Of a DNA stretch of 64,000 nt, positions 63,760-64,000 are shown in pieces. Source of the DNA: Chiloscyllium plagiosum (lineage: Eukaryota); contig NC_057757.1 of the NCBI RefSeq assembly GCF_004010195.1, forward strand, positions 3,419,851-3,483,850, given 5' to 3'. The stretch's first letter is position 1, and the number at the start of each line of letters is the position of its first letter. A program made the translations under genes and the position numbers. The notes below the pieces were generated by a model, which saw only the letters and a program-made list of their open reading frames with translations, did no database searches and was not told where the DNA came from.

Positions 63760-64000
63760 TCATCAGGATGCACATCACGGAAACAGATCCTTTGGTCCAA
63801 CACATCCATGCCCACCAGATATCCTAACCTAATCTAGTCCCATTTGTCAGCACTTGACCCATATCCCTCTGAACCCATCCTATTCATATACCCATCCAGG
63901 TGCCTTTTAAGTGTTGTCATTGTACCAGCCTCCACCACTTCCTCTGGCAGCTCATTCCTACAGGTACTACACCCTGTGTGAAAAAGTTGCCCCTTAGGTC
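63760..64000 (-). mobile_element. CR1 3' end, truncated by the window
   Basis: Reverse complement of the CR1 tail. Confidence 0.85.

Overview
Eukaryotic, repeat-rich vertebrate DNA. The HE1-type SINEs, CR1/HER1 LINEs and Penelope-derived palindromes point to a shark, probably a carpet or bamboo shark (inference). The one gene I can identify firmly is an intact SERPINE1 (plasminogen activator inhibitor-1) on the minus strand. It has 8 coding exons from 48709 down to 36109, all GT-AG and phase-consistent, giving a 1209-nt CDS (402 aa plus stop) with an Arg-Met reactive centre. A probable non-coding exon 1 and TATA-like promoter lie at about 52426-52640. Candidate regulatory elements are SMAD/E-box clusters, a Maf/AP-1-like 13-mer present twice, 3'UTR miRNA seed sites and two possible poly(A) signals. 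A CpG-rich NRF1/ETS promoter sits beside a 500-N gap at about 9300-9700, and unidentified exon-like segments lie at 5280-7400. The rest is retroelement debris (CR1, HE1 SINE, Tx1/L1, Rex1/L2, Penelope), MITEs and minisatellites. The most unusual structure is a set of palindromic Penelope-derived insertions with target-site duplications and hammerhead-ribozyme-like cores. I found no firm evidence of a wholly new biological system. Family names for repeats come from recall, not database searches, and repeat boundaries are approximate.
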